Shown here piece after piece: positions 1 to 16,187 of a stretch of 64,000 bases of DNA (positions are counted from its first letter, which is position 1; every line of letters begins with the position of its first letter). Source of the stretch: the human T2T-CHM13v2.0 reference genome, Homo sapiens; the NCBI RefSeq assembly GCF_009914755.1, contig NC_060939.1; one strand, given 5' to 3'. The notes below the pieces were generated by a model. The model was not told the DNA's origin. It saw nothing but the letters and a program-made list of their open reading frames with translations, and made no database searches. A program made the translations under genes and the position numbers.

Positions 1-584
1 TAAGAAGTTACTTAAGAAGTGTTGTAACAAGGAAAAAGTACAAATGATTAGATCTTTGAGGATCTCAAAGGTTAGGTGGAAAAGGGTTTTATTTCATAGG
101 GAGGAGAAAATAAGTTTACAAAGAAGGTTGGAAAGGAAGCACAGGATGGAGGGTAGCAAAATCAGATCCCAGATAAGATAATGTTTCATCTTGAAGTCAG
201 CCTGTTCTTAGGAGGGATATGTATAAATATGGGTTGTAGGTTCTCTGAGGCTGTGGGTGAGTCAAAGTTCAGGGGCTGAGGGAAGAAGGGGAACAAGAAA
301 AGTTTTGTTAACAAGTACTCTGTTTTGACCACTGAAGACTAAATTACAGAATGGTTGTTCATTTTTAAAAATAGGAATTTGTAATCTGTGTCCGTCTTTG
401 TGATAGGTTAAAAAAAAGGGGGGGGGGAACATCCACAAAGTCATAATGGGAAGCACGTTTCTCTTCACTAAGCTGTTCTTTGAGAACACAAAGAATGGGG
501 GAATTTCTTTAAATATAGCTATTTCCAGGATTACCTTCACCCACAACTGTTCCTTTTCCTAGACATCTCTTTCATTTGTCAGTT

Positions 585-925
585 TCTGAGTTGTATTTTT
601 ATAATAAAGTGGTAAATATAATTAGACTTATTTGTTGAGTTTTTTTGAGTAACTCTATCAAATTATTTAACTTGAAAAAGGGTTTATGGGAGTCTCAGAT
701 TTATAGGCAGTAGCTCAGAAGTATAGATGGGCTTATGGGACATGTGACTAACCTCTGCAGTGAGAGGGGTGATGTGGGACTTAGCCCTGAATTTGTGGGA
801 TCTGTGCGAACTCTAAGTTGTGTCAGAATTAAATTTTGGGGCAAGAAATGGGTGTTGGAGAAGCAGTGGGTTTTCAGGGAACTTTACACATTTAGGATCA
901 AAAGTGTTGTAAGGAGAAAGACAAT
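585..925 (+). mobile_element. MER21-family LTR fragment
   Basis: ataataaagtggtaaat...gtgggatctgtgcgaactctaagttgtgtcagaattaaatt...acacatttaggatcaaaagtgttg resembles the 3' half of MER21. Confidence 0.6.
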
Positions 926-1745
926 GTGGGGGCCTTTGCTGGAGAGAGACTCCAGGTGTCTCGGGGAAGGTAGGCTCTGCTCTGCACACAGGCTGCTACG
1001 CCATGCACTGCCCTGTGGTTCCAGGCATCCTCCCATGGTAAGAAGGACCGACGACTCTGAGGGAAGAAGTTCTGAGAACAGATGCCTTCTACCCTCCTGC
1101 CAACCTGAGGCCACCACATGTTTTTCACCCACTGAACATACACACTGCATGTTGACGTGGTCAAGCCCCTCTCAGGACAAGGCTTTGGCATCAAGATTGT
1201 TGCCCATCCTACCTTTCCTCATAGACTTTCCCACCAAAAACCCACACACGTGCCTACAAGACCCCTGGCATATGTTCTACTTCAGACACCGAATCTGCAG
1301 TGGCAACCTGGTTTTTTCACCATCGCAGATTTCTGTGCCACCTGATCATAATCTCGTCTTCCTGCATGAACATAGAAATAACTCAGAGAAAAGTTTCACC
1401 TGGGTCAGTGTCTGTAGCATGAACCAGTCCTCCCACCAACCCTGTACAGTCTCTCACTTCTGGTTTCTTAATAGCACCTTCCCCTCTTTTACCTTTTAGT
1501 TCACCTCAAACCCTTTCTTTTATGTGCACACAGAGTGCCCAAGGCCACCCCTCAGTTGCCTGAATCCAGCACCTACCAAAATTCAGATGTCCAGTAGTTC
1601 AAGACCATGGGCCTAGACTAAGTTTTTGCAGAAGGCAATACAAATTAGAAATGAGAGGCTCTATTCTCCCATTTGAAAATAAAAAAAAGATTTTTTTCTT
1701 TTCCTTTTTCTTAAACAATGTAATCTGGAAAACTTTAATTAGTAA

Positions 1746-2357
1746 TTTTTTGAGGCAGAATCTTACTCTTTTACTTAGCCTGAAGTGCAACGGCATAATC
1801 ATAGCTCACGGTAACCTTAACCTCTTGGGTTTGAGCAGTCCTCCTGCATCAACCGCTTAATTACCTAGGACTATAGGCATGAACCACCATGCCTGGCTAG
1901 CTTTATTTATTTTTGTTTTTATTTTTTTTCAAGACAGTGTCTTGCTCTGTGGGCTAGGCTGGAGTGTAGTGCCATGATCTTGTCTCAATGCAACCTCCAC
2001 CTCCCAGGTTCAAGCAATTCTCCTGTCTCAGCCTTTTGAGTAGCTGGGATTACAGGCGCACACCACCATGTCTGGCTAATTTTTTGTTATTATTATTTTT
2101 AGTAGAGAATGGGTTTTACCATTTTGGCCAGGCTGGTCTCCACCCCCTGACCTCATTATCCACCTGCCTCAGACTCCCAAAGTGCTGGGATTACAGGTGT
2201 GAGCCAACATGCCCAGCCATATTTATTTTATTTTTTTGTAGTGACAGAATTTCACCATATTGCCTGTACTGGACTCAAACATTTGGCTTGAAGGTATCCT
2301 CATGCCTTGGCCTCCCCAAATGTTCAGATTACAGGCATGAACCACCATGAGTGGCCT
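1746..2357 (-). mobile_element. Old AluJ split by a younger AluS (about 1905-2218) inserted in its A-rich linker
   Basis: Right arm at 1746-1900 and left arm at 2220-2357 flank a complete second Alu in the same orientation. Confidence 0.85.
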
Positions 2358-2551
2358 GGAACACTTTTACATGTACCTTTTTTTCTCTGCTTCTTTGAAA
2401 TATAAGCAAATCATTTTAACAGCTAAATAAGCCTTCTGTCATTCTTCATGACAGAGAATTGTCTTTATCTAAGACCTGGAAACTATTGCTTTGTTTTTTA
2501 ATTTGGCAAAGATTTATTTATTTTTTATTTTCAGTCCTTTGAAGTAGGCAC

Positions 2552-2845
2552 CGCGCAGTACAGTGGCTCATGTTTTTAATCCTAGTGCTTTGGGAGGCTG
2601 AGATGAGAGAATTGCTTGGGCCCAGGAGTTTGAGACCAGCCTGGGCAGCATAATGAGACACTTTCTTTATAACAAATTAAAATCAACTAGCAGGGCATGG
2701 TGGCACAGGAGGCTGAGGTGAGAGAATCATTTGAGCTCAAGAGTTTGAGGCTGCAATGAGCCATGATCACTCCAATCTACCACTGTATTCCAGCCTGGAT
2801 GACAGAGGGAGACCCTGTCTCTAAATAAATAAGCAAATAAAAAAA
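2552..2845 (+). mobile_element. AluJ
   Basis: Alu dimer with gcccaggagtttgagacc and gagccatgatc, and an A-rich tail. Confidence 0.85.
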
Positions 2846-3822
2846 TGTGTTTTTCCATACATAAAAATAAGTTAATAAACAGATAAATAAAATAGACATG
2901 GATTTGCTTAGAATAAAGCTAATTATAAGATAACAGAAAAGTGAGCACCAAAGATGGGGTTCACCTTAGCAAGTGATTCCAGCCTATTAGGACACTCACA
3001 GAATTCTCCCTGCAGCACGACCAACATGAAAGTAGAATGTCATCATGTCAGGCTATACCAGCGTCGGAAGACTAAACACTGTGGGGAAGAACCTCCCTTA
3101 TGGAATATTATCAACAGGTGAGAGACCAGCTCCTGCCCTGATGGGCTACAGAGATGAATTCTTGAGATAACACATTGCAGAAACATGCATAGAGTAGTTT
3201 AACCTTTTTTGTGTGTAACCCTTTCTCCATTTTCCTGCAAAATCCTCCCTAGAAATAGTGTTCGCTTTTAAGTTTTGAGGGTCTGGTAGGACTGAAGCTG
3301 CATGCTGCAGGAGATACCTGGGGTAGGAAACTAACACAAACTGCAGCTACAGGCACAAATACTCATGGCCTAATGTAAAGTGAAAACAATAGAAAGGTCT
3401 TTACTGTTATTCACCCAAGTGAGTGAACAGAGACTTTCCACATAACCAACTTGCCACTGAGACTAATGAAGGCCAGATTCCACTGGATCAAGACTATGAG
3501 TTACTCATGGGAAGATCATAGGACACAGCCCAGAGAGTTTTCATACTGGAGTCTGGGTACTGGGTCTGTCCCGGTCTTCTCGGGTTTCTGTCTGTAGAGA
3601 CCCCTATGTGGCTGCTCTTACCACAGCCCGGTGCTGGCTGTGGTTGCTGGCTTAGTGCACCTGGTCTTTTTCCAAAAAGAGGGAGGAGTTGGCCACATCA
3701 AGAAGCTCCTCATCAATCTGAATGCAGCTCTGTAAAAAGTGCCTAGAAACCACGCAAAGAAAAGTCAGTGGTCTGCCTTGTTTTCACCGTATGTGACACC
3801 TCCACTAGAAATTCTGCTTTTC

Positions 3823-4132
3823 TCTGCACTCCAGCCTGGGTGACAGAGCGAGGCTTCCTCAAAAAGGAAAAAAGAAAAAGAAAAAGAGAGAAAGAAAGAC
3901 AGAAGGAAGTAAGGAAGAAGAAAGAAAGAAAAAGAAAGAAAGAAAGAAAGAGAAAAAAAGAAGAAAGAAAGAAAGAAAGAGAAAGAAAGAAAGAAAGAAA
4001 GAAGAAAGAAAGAAAGAAAGAAGAAAGAAAGAAAGAAAGAAAGGAAAGAAAGAAAGAAAGAAAGAAAGAAAGAAAAAAAGAAAGAAAGAAAGAAAGAAAG
4101 AAAGAAAATAAAAGAGAAAAGAAAAGAAAAGA
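3823..4132 (+). repeat. About 38-bp 3' Alu stub whose tail expanded into a ~270-bp (GAAA)n tract
   Basis: tgcactccagcctgggtgacagagcgag followed by GAAA repeats; target-site duplication (TSD) agaaattctgct(t/c)ttc at 3807-3822 and 4130-4145. Confidence 0.9.
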
Positions 4133-5264
4133 AATTCTGCTCTTCAGATTAGGCACATAAGGAGAATCTGTATGAATCTCCAGCAAGGAAGGAAACCAGA
4201 GGACAAGTTAAAGTCTTGGAATTCACATCTGAGTACACAGACTCGTTCTCCAACCCTCTTCTTTTTATTCTGCCAGCTATGGCCTAGGTATGAACATGAC
4301 AGGTACACAAGGGTTCCAACACCTGACAATCTGCTTCAGTAAAAGAAGAGTGCCCTCCCTCTTGCTCCCCATACAACTCATGGTACTAAGAAATGGTGTG
4401 GGACTTCCCAGATGAGTTGACAAGAGAGGCCTGGCTCTGGGGCCTGTCCTGAGCTGCCCTGTGTTATTTGTAGGTGCACCCAGCCAATAGCCAGGGGCAT
4501 CAATGATGAGGCCTGAGTTGACATCCGTGTTTTCAGATAAGGCTTTTACACTGAGCCTTTGTAAAGTCAAAACTCAGAAATTTCAGGGCACAATGAAAGA
4601 ACATCTCACTCTCTTGAGCATCTCTCACTAACAGAGGTGGATACAGAGCTGTCTCAAGAATGTGGGTTCCTGGTTTCTTAACTGATGTTGGGTTGTCACC
4701 AAGAAAGTGTGTTAAACTCTTCAAGGTTCCATCTACTGGGTCCCTTCTTTCTGTAAGACCTACCCAAAAGCCCAACTATGCTACTAATTGTTCAGTCTCC
4801 TCTTCCATGTCAACTCTTCATTTGTACACAAGTATGCAAACACAACTTCCCCTTAATTCCCTGGAAAGAACTAAATGCAGCCTGGGTTCCAGGATATAAG
4901 AGACAGCTGGAACATAACCTTGTTTTTCTTACCATCTCTGGGACCCAATAAAAACATCTGTGTATTTGAGGCTTCCCCAGCCTCCAAGCATGCACAGTGG
5001 GGATGATGCTAACATCTACTTCCTAGGGATTGTATTAGATGTATATAAGATAAAACATAAAAATCATGTGGTGTTACCTGTAGATAATGCACACACTTAG
5101 AGATGGAAGCATTAGGAGAATATGTAGAAGGTAGCATGGGCCACAACTCAAACAAGCCTGGGTCTGGCAGGGTGATCTTGGGAATGTCACTTCTCCACTG
5201 CGCTTCATTTTCATTCTGCTCCAGTATGAAGTTGAAATTAAATGTAGATACTGTCCTCTGGCAT

Positions 5265-5598
5265 TCATATAGTTTAGCTGTGTGTTCCACCCAAACTTCT
5301 CTGTGTATTATAACCCCCAGGTGTTAAGGGAGAAACCTGAGGGGAGATGATTGGATTATGGGGACGGGTTCTCCTCATGCTGTTCTTGTGATAGTGAGTT
5401 CTCATGAGATCTGATAGTTTCATAAGCATCTGGTACATCCCATGCTCTCACTCACTTCACTTGTCAGCCACTGTAATTGGAAGGTTTCTGAGGTGCCCTC
5501 CCAATTATGTGGAACTGTGAGTCAATTAAACTTCTTTTCTTTATCAATTACCCAGTCTCAAGTACTTCATCATTGCAGTATGACAAAGTCCTAATACA
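5265..5598 (+). mobile_element. THE1/MSTA-type MaLR solo LTR
   Basis: Starts tcatatagtttagctgtgtg, ends ctaataca; TSD ggcat/gccat. Confidence 0.85.
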
Positions 5599-6244
5599 GC
5601 CATTCAACTTTCTAGTGCTTTCTCTTTATATTTAGAATCCTATCCATGTGCCTTCTCACGTCTATGACAGGGAAACTCTTCACAAAATCTCACAGTACTA
5701 GGTGGTTAGTGACTCAGTTTTTTATTGAATAAAATGGCCTACAGCCTGATGACAGTAATATGGCCCTTGGGTTTTGAGGAAAATATCATGTTGTAGGTTG
5801 GCCAAAAAGGAGATAGCAGTCCAGCTGAAATTTGTTTTCTTATACTGGCTTTAAGGCAGTGATTAGAAAAGGCCTAAGAGGTGGGTTCTGTAAGGGATTG
5901 CTGGAAGGAAAGTAGGAATATGGAAAGTCATGAGACATATACTGTCATCTCTTCTTGCTTCCTCTCAAGTCACATGCAAATTCAGGGAGAGTTAGTATGA
6001 AACACACAATGGAAATTTGGGCTCTAACATATGCAATCTGATTCTTCATGGACTTCATTTGGCCATATCAGTTCCAACAATTTCAGCCAATGTTTAAAAA
6101 CCTTATAAGCAGATAAAATTTTAGTGTTTCAACAAGCCATTTCCTATCTTTCATTCTGAAAATCCATTTTAAGTCATTTTTTTAACAGCATAGGGGTACA
6201 AATTCAGCTTCTGTCCAATGAAATACAGAAAAGGATATCACTTT

Positions 6245-6899
<655 letters not shown>

Positions 6900-7029
6900 A
6901 AGATTTTTCTAAAGCTCTCATTTTTCTCCTACTGGGTTTTTCCTGTTTGCGCCCTCAATCTTTCTCTGTCTCTTTTTGTGTACACCTTTTTGTCTAATTC
7001 TCTCTCTCTATTGTATACCTCAAACACAG

Positions 7030-7358
7030 GAAGCAAGCTTCAATGCTATGAGATGCTCCATGTAAAGACCAACATAACAGAGCCTGAGGGGGTGCTCAGA
7101 CCAGTAGAGAGAAGGAAAGTCAGGCTCTCCAGCCACACTAAACCCTGCCAATTTTCACATGAGTCAGCTTAAAGGCTCATGCTTTCCCAGTCCAGCTTCA
7201 GTTAAGACCACAGTCCCAATGTCATAAAAGACCTAAAGGCAGAGGTACCCAACTGAACTGTGTCCAGATTCTGGTCCACATAAATTATGAGATATTATAT
7301 GTTGTTGAAAAGTGCTGACTTTTAGGGCAATGTTGTCAGAAAGGAGCAGATATCTAGC
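7030..7358 (+). mobile_element. MLT1F/G-type MaLR LTR fragment (also present in copy 2)
   Basis: gcagaggtacccaactgaactgtgtccagattctggtccaca...tgagata...ttttagggcaatgttgtcag. Confidence 0.65.
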
Positions 7359-9647
7359 CTCATCTCCCAGGCCCTAGGATTCTCCATCCCTCTACTTATA
7401 TCTTCCTCAGGCTGTCTGCAGCCAAACTTTCTAACCTCTGCCGAACTCACACCTATGAGTCTCTTCACTAAGGGTGGCTTCTCCCTGACACATACTTGTG
7501 CAGAGATGTCTCCCTGTTGTCATCCTTATCATGGATTAAACATCACCACAATGAGGCCTTAGTTCCTCCCATGCAATAATTTTCCAGCTTTTCTTCTCAA
7601 CATTCCACTTTATATTATAGTCCTTCCTCTTTTCTTTCACATATACTTGCTTTAGTGCTTTTATCCAGCTGTCCTCAGAATGTTTGGTCCTGGGTTGGGG
7701 GGTGCAGGCATCATGTAATAATTTTCTGTACCACGTTGCACCCACCTGGTTAGCTGGCAAAGGGTGAGCGCAAGGGAAAAAAGACTGGCTAAGTGATTAT
7801 ATGGAGGATCTCTAATATCCCTTCCTCTTTTGACCACCTGATAATGTGGAGATCATTGATAACAACATGAGATGTGTGACTCTTACTTGTTCCAGCTGCT
7901 CCAGCAAAGCTCAGTGGGCACCAGAAACAGAGCTGGCTGTAACCACCTCCAGGCCATCACTAACTCTATGGCCCAATGCAGGAGCACTATGGAACAAATC
8001 AGGTATCTTGATTTTTCTGTCCTCAAGACACTGGTTCTTCAAGGTCCTAGGGGATAAAGTAGCAGAATCTGAAGGCCCCAAGTACAATGAGTGACCTTGG
8101 AATCCCCCTTTGCCTTCTATTTGCCTCTACCTTTTGGGTTGTGCTATTTATCCATGAGATATCCTCCCCTTATCCAGTGAAATTAGTTTCTACCACTTTC
8201 AAATGAGGACCTTAAGAACCCAACAGGAGCTGGGATTTTCCGTGGACTTCAGCCTCAGAGTCCAATGCTCTGGAACATTTAGCTCCGTCTCATCTTCATC
8301 TACCCAAGATGCCTCTGAAGTGGCCATGCCTCCCTCTGATTTGAAGGACCTACAGAGAGTGGATGCATTTCTGCACAGTCTCAGAGCAAGAATCAGGGCT
8401 GGAAGACACTTATGAGTATGTGAAATCGTCGAGGTCACCCAGTTCAAACAGCCCTATTTATGAGGAAGAAAACAGGCTTTCCTGCAGGCATTCTCTACAT
8501 TAGGCTGAGGTGGAGCATAGCTCATTTTACTTCCAGGTGCCCTCAGAGCTGGATGCAAAACCCCAGTCCTGTCATCTTGAAATTGACATGGAGAGGTCCC
8601 CATGTGAACAGAACCCTGGATCTGCTCATTCTCTGTGCCCCTGAATGTGAAGCTACAGGCTCTAACTTCCAAAGCAAACCTGATAGGTGGGATGGAGCCA
8701 AGGCCTAGGAAGCTGGAGCTCTCTCTAATGCTCTGGAGCCTGCCCACCTCCTGAGATCTGGATCAGTCCCTGCCTCTTTTGGGGCCTCATTTTCCCAATT
8801 GTAATGTAATGAGAAATTAAATGTAAAATTGCATAAGCATATGCTCTGTGAGAATTTGGTGTCAGAGTCCTCAATACTGGATGATATATTTTGGTGGGAG
8901 GGGTTTGGGCCCCAGAGGTTCTCGGGACTCCTGACATATCCATTGCAGTAGGTGTAGAGCTCAGGAGATCCAGATCTTCTTTCCTGAGCCAGCTGATTAC
9001 AATACAATGGACCACGGGCTATGATCTTAAATATGATTTCACAGGATTCCCCACCTTCAGCCACCATCTGCTCTGTGCTTCCCTTATTTTGGGGAGCTGA
9101 TGACAACCTCCATTATAGTGAGAGAGTCCAAGAAACTAGACTTGTGGACCTGGAGAAAAGAAAAAAACACTTTTCTATTTCTCTCAAACTGTAGAATCTG
9201 TTGTCAAATATTTAATTTTGATTCCATCTGAGCTTGATAATACGTTCATGTGTTAAGAGCTGCTTAAATTTATTTTTTCTGTGGTGTGGGATAATGTCTT
9301 TTCCCATATTTTAAATCAACTTCTAAAAGCTCTCTTTAAAGTGGAGATGTGAACATCTTTGTGATATAAACTGCACATATTTGTTGTGAGATTGTTCTTT
9401 TTCTCTTTGTTAAAATGTTTTGTTTTATTCTGGTTTGGATGTCCTTCAGGGTTTTGTTTTGTGGCTATTTATTACTACAATGCAACTTCTCCCCTAATTA
9501 ACTGACAGGTTTGTACATTCTCAATAAAATATTTTGGTAAAGTCTTTGTAAAAACTGTGTAGACAATTTTACAGTTTTCATAAACATAAAACAGTCAAGA
9601 CTGTCATGATGAAAAAGAAAGATTGAGGGCTTAAAAATTAAAATATG

Positions 9648-12600
9648 ACACAGCTAAAGTAGTGTGCAAAGGGAAATTTATGGCACTAAATGCCCACAAG
9701 AGAAAGCAGAAAAGGTCTAAAATCGGCATCATAATATCACAATTAAAAATCTAGGGAAGCAAGAGCAAACAAATTCAAAAGCTAGCAGAAGACAAGAAAT
9801 AATTAAGATCACAGCAGAACTGAAGGAGATAGACACACAAAAAGCCCGTCCAAAAAATCAACGAATCCAGGAGCTGTTTTTTTGAAAAGATCAAGAAATA
9901 AATAAACTGCTAGCCAGAGTAATAAGGAAGAAGAGAAGAATCAAATACATGCAATAGGAAATGATAAAGGGGATATAACCATTGATCCACAGAAATAAAA
10001 ATTACCATTAGAGAATATTATAAAAAACTCTTTGCAAATTAACTAGAAAATCTAGACGAAATGGATAAATTCCTGGACACATATACCCTCCCAAGTCCAA
10101 ACCAGTAAGAAGTCGAATGCCTGAATATGCCAATAACAAGTTCTAAAATTGAGGCAGTAACTAATAGCCTACCAACCAAAAGAAGTCCAGAACCAGAAGG
10201 ATTCACAGCCGAATTCTACCAAAGGTACAAAGAGGAGCTGGTACCATTCCTTCTGAAACTATTTCAAACAATAGAAAAGAGGTACTCCTCCTTAACTCAT
10301 TTTATGCATCCAGCATCATCCTGAAACCAAAACTTGGCAAAGACACACCAGAAAAAGAAAATTTCAGGCCCGTATCCCTGATGAATATCGATGCGAAAAT
10401 CCTCAATAAAATACTGGCAAACCGAATCCAGCAGCACATCAAAAAGCTTATCCACCACGATCTAGTCAGCTTAATCCCTCGGATGCAAAGCTTGTTCAAC
10501 ATATGCAAATCAATAAATGTATTCCATCACATAAACAGAACTAATGACAAAAACCACATGATTATCTCAATAGATGCAAAAAAGGCCTTCAGCAAAATTC
10601 AACACCTCTTCATGGTAAAAACTCTCAATGAATTATGTATTGATGGAACTTATCTCAACATATTAAGAGCTATTTATGACAAACGCACAGCCAATATACT
10701 GAATGGGAAAAAACTTGAAACATTCCTTTTGAAAATCTGCACAAAACAAGAATACCCTCTCTCATCACTCCTATTCAATATAGTATTGGAAGTTCTGGCC
10801 AGGGCAATCAGTCAAGAGAAAGAAACAAAGCGTAATCAAATAGGAAGAGGAACTCAAGTTGTCTCTGTTTGCAGCTGACATGATTGTATATTTAGAAAAC
10901 CCCATCGTCTCAGCCCAAAATCTCCTTAAACCAATATGCAACTTCAAAAAAGTCTCAGTATACAAAATCAGTGTTCAAAAATCACAAGAATTCCTATACA
11001 CAATAATAGACAAACAGAGAGCCAAATCATGCATGAACTCTCATTCACAATTGTTACAAAGAGAATAAAATACCTAGGAATCCAACTTAAAAGGGATGGG
11101 AAGGACTTCTTCAAGGAGATCTACAAACCACTGCTCAAGGAAATAAGAGAGGACACAAACAAATGAAAAACAATCCGTGCTCATGGATAGGAAGAATCAA
11201 TATTGTGAAAATGGCCATACTGCCCAAAGTAATTTATAAATTCAGTGTTATCCCCATCAAGCTCCCATTGACTTTCTTTACATAATTAGAAAAAAAACTA
11301 CTTTAAATTTCATATGGAATCAAAAAAGATCCTGCATAGACAAGACAATCCTAAGCAAAAAGAACAAAAGTGGAGGCATCACACTAGCTATCTTCAAACT
11401 ATACTAAAAGGCCACAGTAACCAAGACAGTATGGTACTGGTACCAAAACAGATATATTGACAAATGGAACAGAACAGAGGCCCCAGAAATAACATCAAAC
11501 ATCTACAACCATCTGATCTTTGATGAACCTGACAAAAACAAGTAATGGGGAAAGGATTCCTTATTTAATAAATGGTGTTGGGAAAACTAGATAGCCATAT
11601 GCAAAAAAATGAAACTGGACGTCTTCCTTACTAGTTATACAAAAATTAACTGAAGATGGATTAAAGACTTAAATGTAAGACTTAAAACCATAAAAACCCC
11701 CCAAAAAACAAAGGCATTACCATTCAGGACATAGGCGTGGGCAAAGACTTCATGACTAAAACAGCAAAAACAATGGCAACAAAAGCCAAAATTGACAAAC
11801 GAGATGTAATTAAAGTAAAGAGCTTCTTCACAACAAAAGAAACTATCATCAGAGTGAACAGGCAACCCACAGAAAGGAGAAAATTTATGCAATCTATCCA
11901 TCTGACAATGGGCTAATATGCAGAATCTACAAAAAACTTAAGCAAATTTACAAGAAAAAAACAAACAACCATATCAAAAATGGGCAAAGGACATGAACAG
12001 ACACTTCTGAAAAGAAGACATTTATGCAGCCAACAAACATATGAAAAAAAAACTCATCATCACTGGTCATTAGATAAATGCAAATCAAAAACACAGTGAG
12101 AAACCATCTCACTCCAGTTAGAATGGTGATCATTGGAAAAATCAGGAAACAACAGATGCTGGAGAGGATGTGGAGAAATAGGAACACTTTTACACTGTTG
12201 GTGAGAGTGTAAATTAGTTCAACCATTGTGGAAGACAGTATGGCAATTCCTCAAGGATCTACAATGAGAAATACCATTTGATCCAGCAATCCCATTACTG
12301 GGTATATAACCAAATGATTATAAATTATTCTACTACTTAGACACATGCAAACATATGTTTATTATGGCACTGTGCACAAGAGCAAAAACTTTGAACCAAA
12401 CCAAATGCCCATCAGTGGTAGAATGAATAAAGAAAATGTGGCATGTATACATCATGGAATACAATGCAGTCATAAAAAGGATGAGTTCATGTCCTTTGCA
12501 GGGACATGGATGAAGCTGGAAACCAGCATTCTCAGCAAACTAACACAAGAGTAGAAAAGCAAACATCACATGTTCTCTCTCATAGTTGGGAGTTAAACAA

Positions 12601-12690
12601 AGAGAACACAGGGACACAGGAAGGGGAACACCACACACTGGAGCCTGTCAGGAAGTGGGGGACTATGGGAGGGATAGCATTAGAAGATAT
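9648..12690 (+). mobile_element. L1PA (about PA7/8), 5'-truncated and lacking its 3' terminus; ORF2 disrupted
   Basis: ORF2 reverse-transcriptase peptides [27 protein letters not shown] and [14 protein letters not shown], with frameshifts; 3'UTR stops at gggatagcattagaagatat. Confidence 0.95.
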
Positions 12691-13874
12691 ATTCCTGGCC
12701 TAGGCCACTATTGCGATTTTCTAAATTTTGTTTCAAAAACATGATGTTTCAAAAATTGTTATTGATATGTAATTATACAAATATATAGTTCAGAAAAAAG
12801 AATCAACATTAATTATGCTTTTTCCAAAATACTTTATGGTTTTGAGCTCTTCTAGCAGTGACATTTTTGCTGTAGGTAGTTGCTCTATATCTGGTATATT
12901 CATCATAGCATCCTTTGTACCCTTTACACTTATCCTTCAACTTCCCACTCTCCTTAAGTGTAAATTTTCAAGGCCAGAGCTCCCATATCTTCCCAATATT
13001 ACTTTTTGAAAAGAAGCTCCTATGTACTGTTTTCTCTGGTTCTTGTTGGATATAATGCTAAAAGAGCTGGAAAATAATAATTTTTTAAAAAATTCGGTGA
13101 TGAAATTAAGGTAAATATATTTTATAAATCTAATGAACAAAATGAGGCCAGCTGAGAACACAATGATAGTTGAAGAAGAACCTGAGATCCTGTTTCTCTC
13201 AATGGATGTATGAACTTAACTGCAATTGGGTGAGCAAAGCCAGTTGAGTTTGTAGCACCCCTCATGAGAAAAAAGCCAACCATAACCACATTTAGAAGAA
13301 AGAAAATTTGGTTACATTTGTGCACTACAGAACAGTGCAGTTAGATAAAATTCTGTCCATTCCATGATTCTCCCTCGGGAAAGAAAACAGAGTGAAACGT
13401 GTATGCAAACTTCTGACTTATTGATTTATACCTTTAACATTTAGTGTTGACCAGAATAGAGATAGAGTTTAAATGACAGCTTGGGTCGACTGAGAATAAA
13501 GATAAATGTTTCTTACAACAAAGAGACTGTAGTGCCTGCAACAGTGACAAAGAGAAGAGACTAAAGGCTCCTAAGAGGAAAGAGAGGTAAACCTTATTAA
13601 CAAGAAAATACATACAGTAGTCCAAAGAAGACACATTTTGACAACAGATTGGAGAAGCTCCCGGAATGACTAGTGTGGCTGAATATTGTCAATTTTCCCA
13701 TGTACAAGCTTTTTCATAAAGGATAAAATAGGTAGTGGTTTCTTAATTGACCAAAACCTTAACAAAACCACAGTACATAAAAGCAACCAGGAAATATAGC
13801 CTAATGAAACGAGAAAAATATATATTCAAGTGACCCTAAAGAAGTGGAGATCTATGAATTATTTTTTAACTTAA

Positions 13875-14182
13875 AATCATTTTATTTTTCTTTATTTTTT
13901 CATTTTATACACAGGATCTTACTCTATCTCCTGGGACAGATTGCAGTGGTGCAATCACAGCTCACTGTAACCTCAAATTTCTGAAGTAAAGCAGTCATGC
14001 CTCCTATGTCTCCTGAGTAAATATGACCACAGTTGGGCACACTACCACACCTGTATAGTTTCTTTAAAAGAATCTGTACAAACAGAATGTTGTTATGTTG
14101 CCTCGGCTGGTCTCAAACTCCTGGTCTCAGGCAATCCTACTGCCTCAGTCTGAAAGTGCTGGCATGAGCCACCATACCTGGA
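13875..14182 (-). mobile_element. Diverged AluJ
   Basis: gcagtggtgcaatcacagctcactgtaacctc...ggctggtctcaaactcctgg. Confidence 0.8.
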
Positions 14183-14199
14183 ATTGTTTCTCTTTTAAG

Positions 14200-16185
<1,986 letters not shown>

Positions 16186-16187
16186 AA

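Noticed and set aside
1-560. Possible ERV1 LTR fragment at the window start
   Set aside because: LTR-like composition, but I could not assign family, strand or boundaries.
735-1499. Longest ORF in the window (254 aa)
   Set aside because: Starts inside a MER21 LTR, has no recognisable domain, and has the composition of non-coding DNA.
1300-1750. Weak inverted similarity to about 37560-38350
   Set aside because: Only short scattered word matches; could be chance or a shared degraded LTR.
3743-4186. K/E/R-rich and F/L/S-rich ORFs (130 and 147 aa)
   Set aside because: Translations of the (GAAA)n microsatellite.
10127-11166. Reverse-transcriptase-like ORFs (also 26701-27390)
   Set aside because: Frameshifted fragments of 5'-truncated L1 ORF2; not an active element or a novel RT system.
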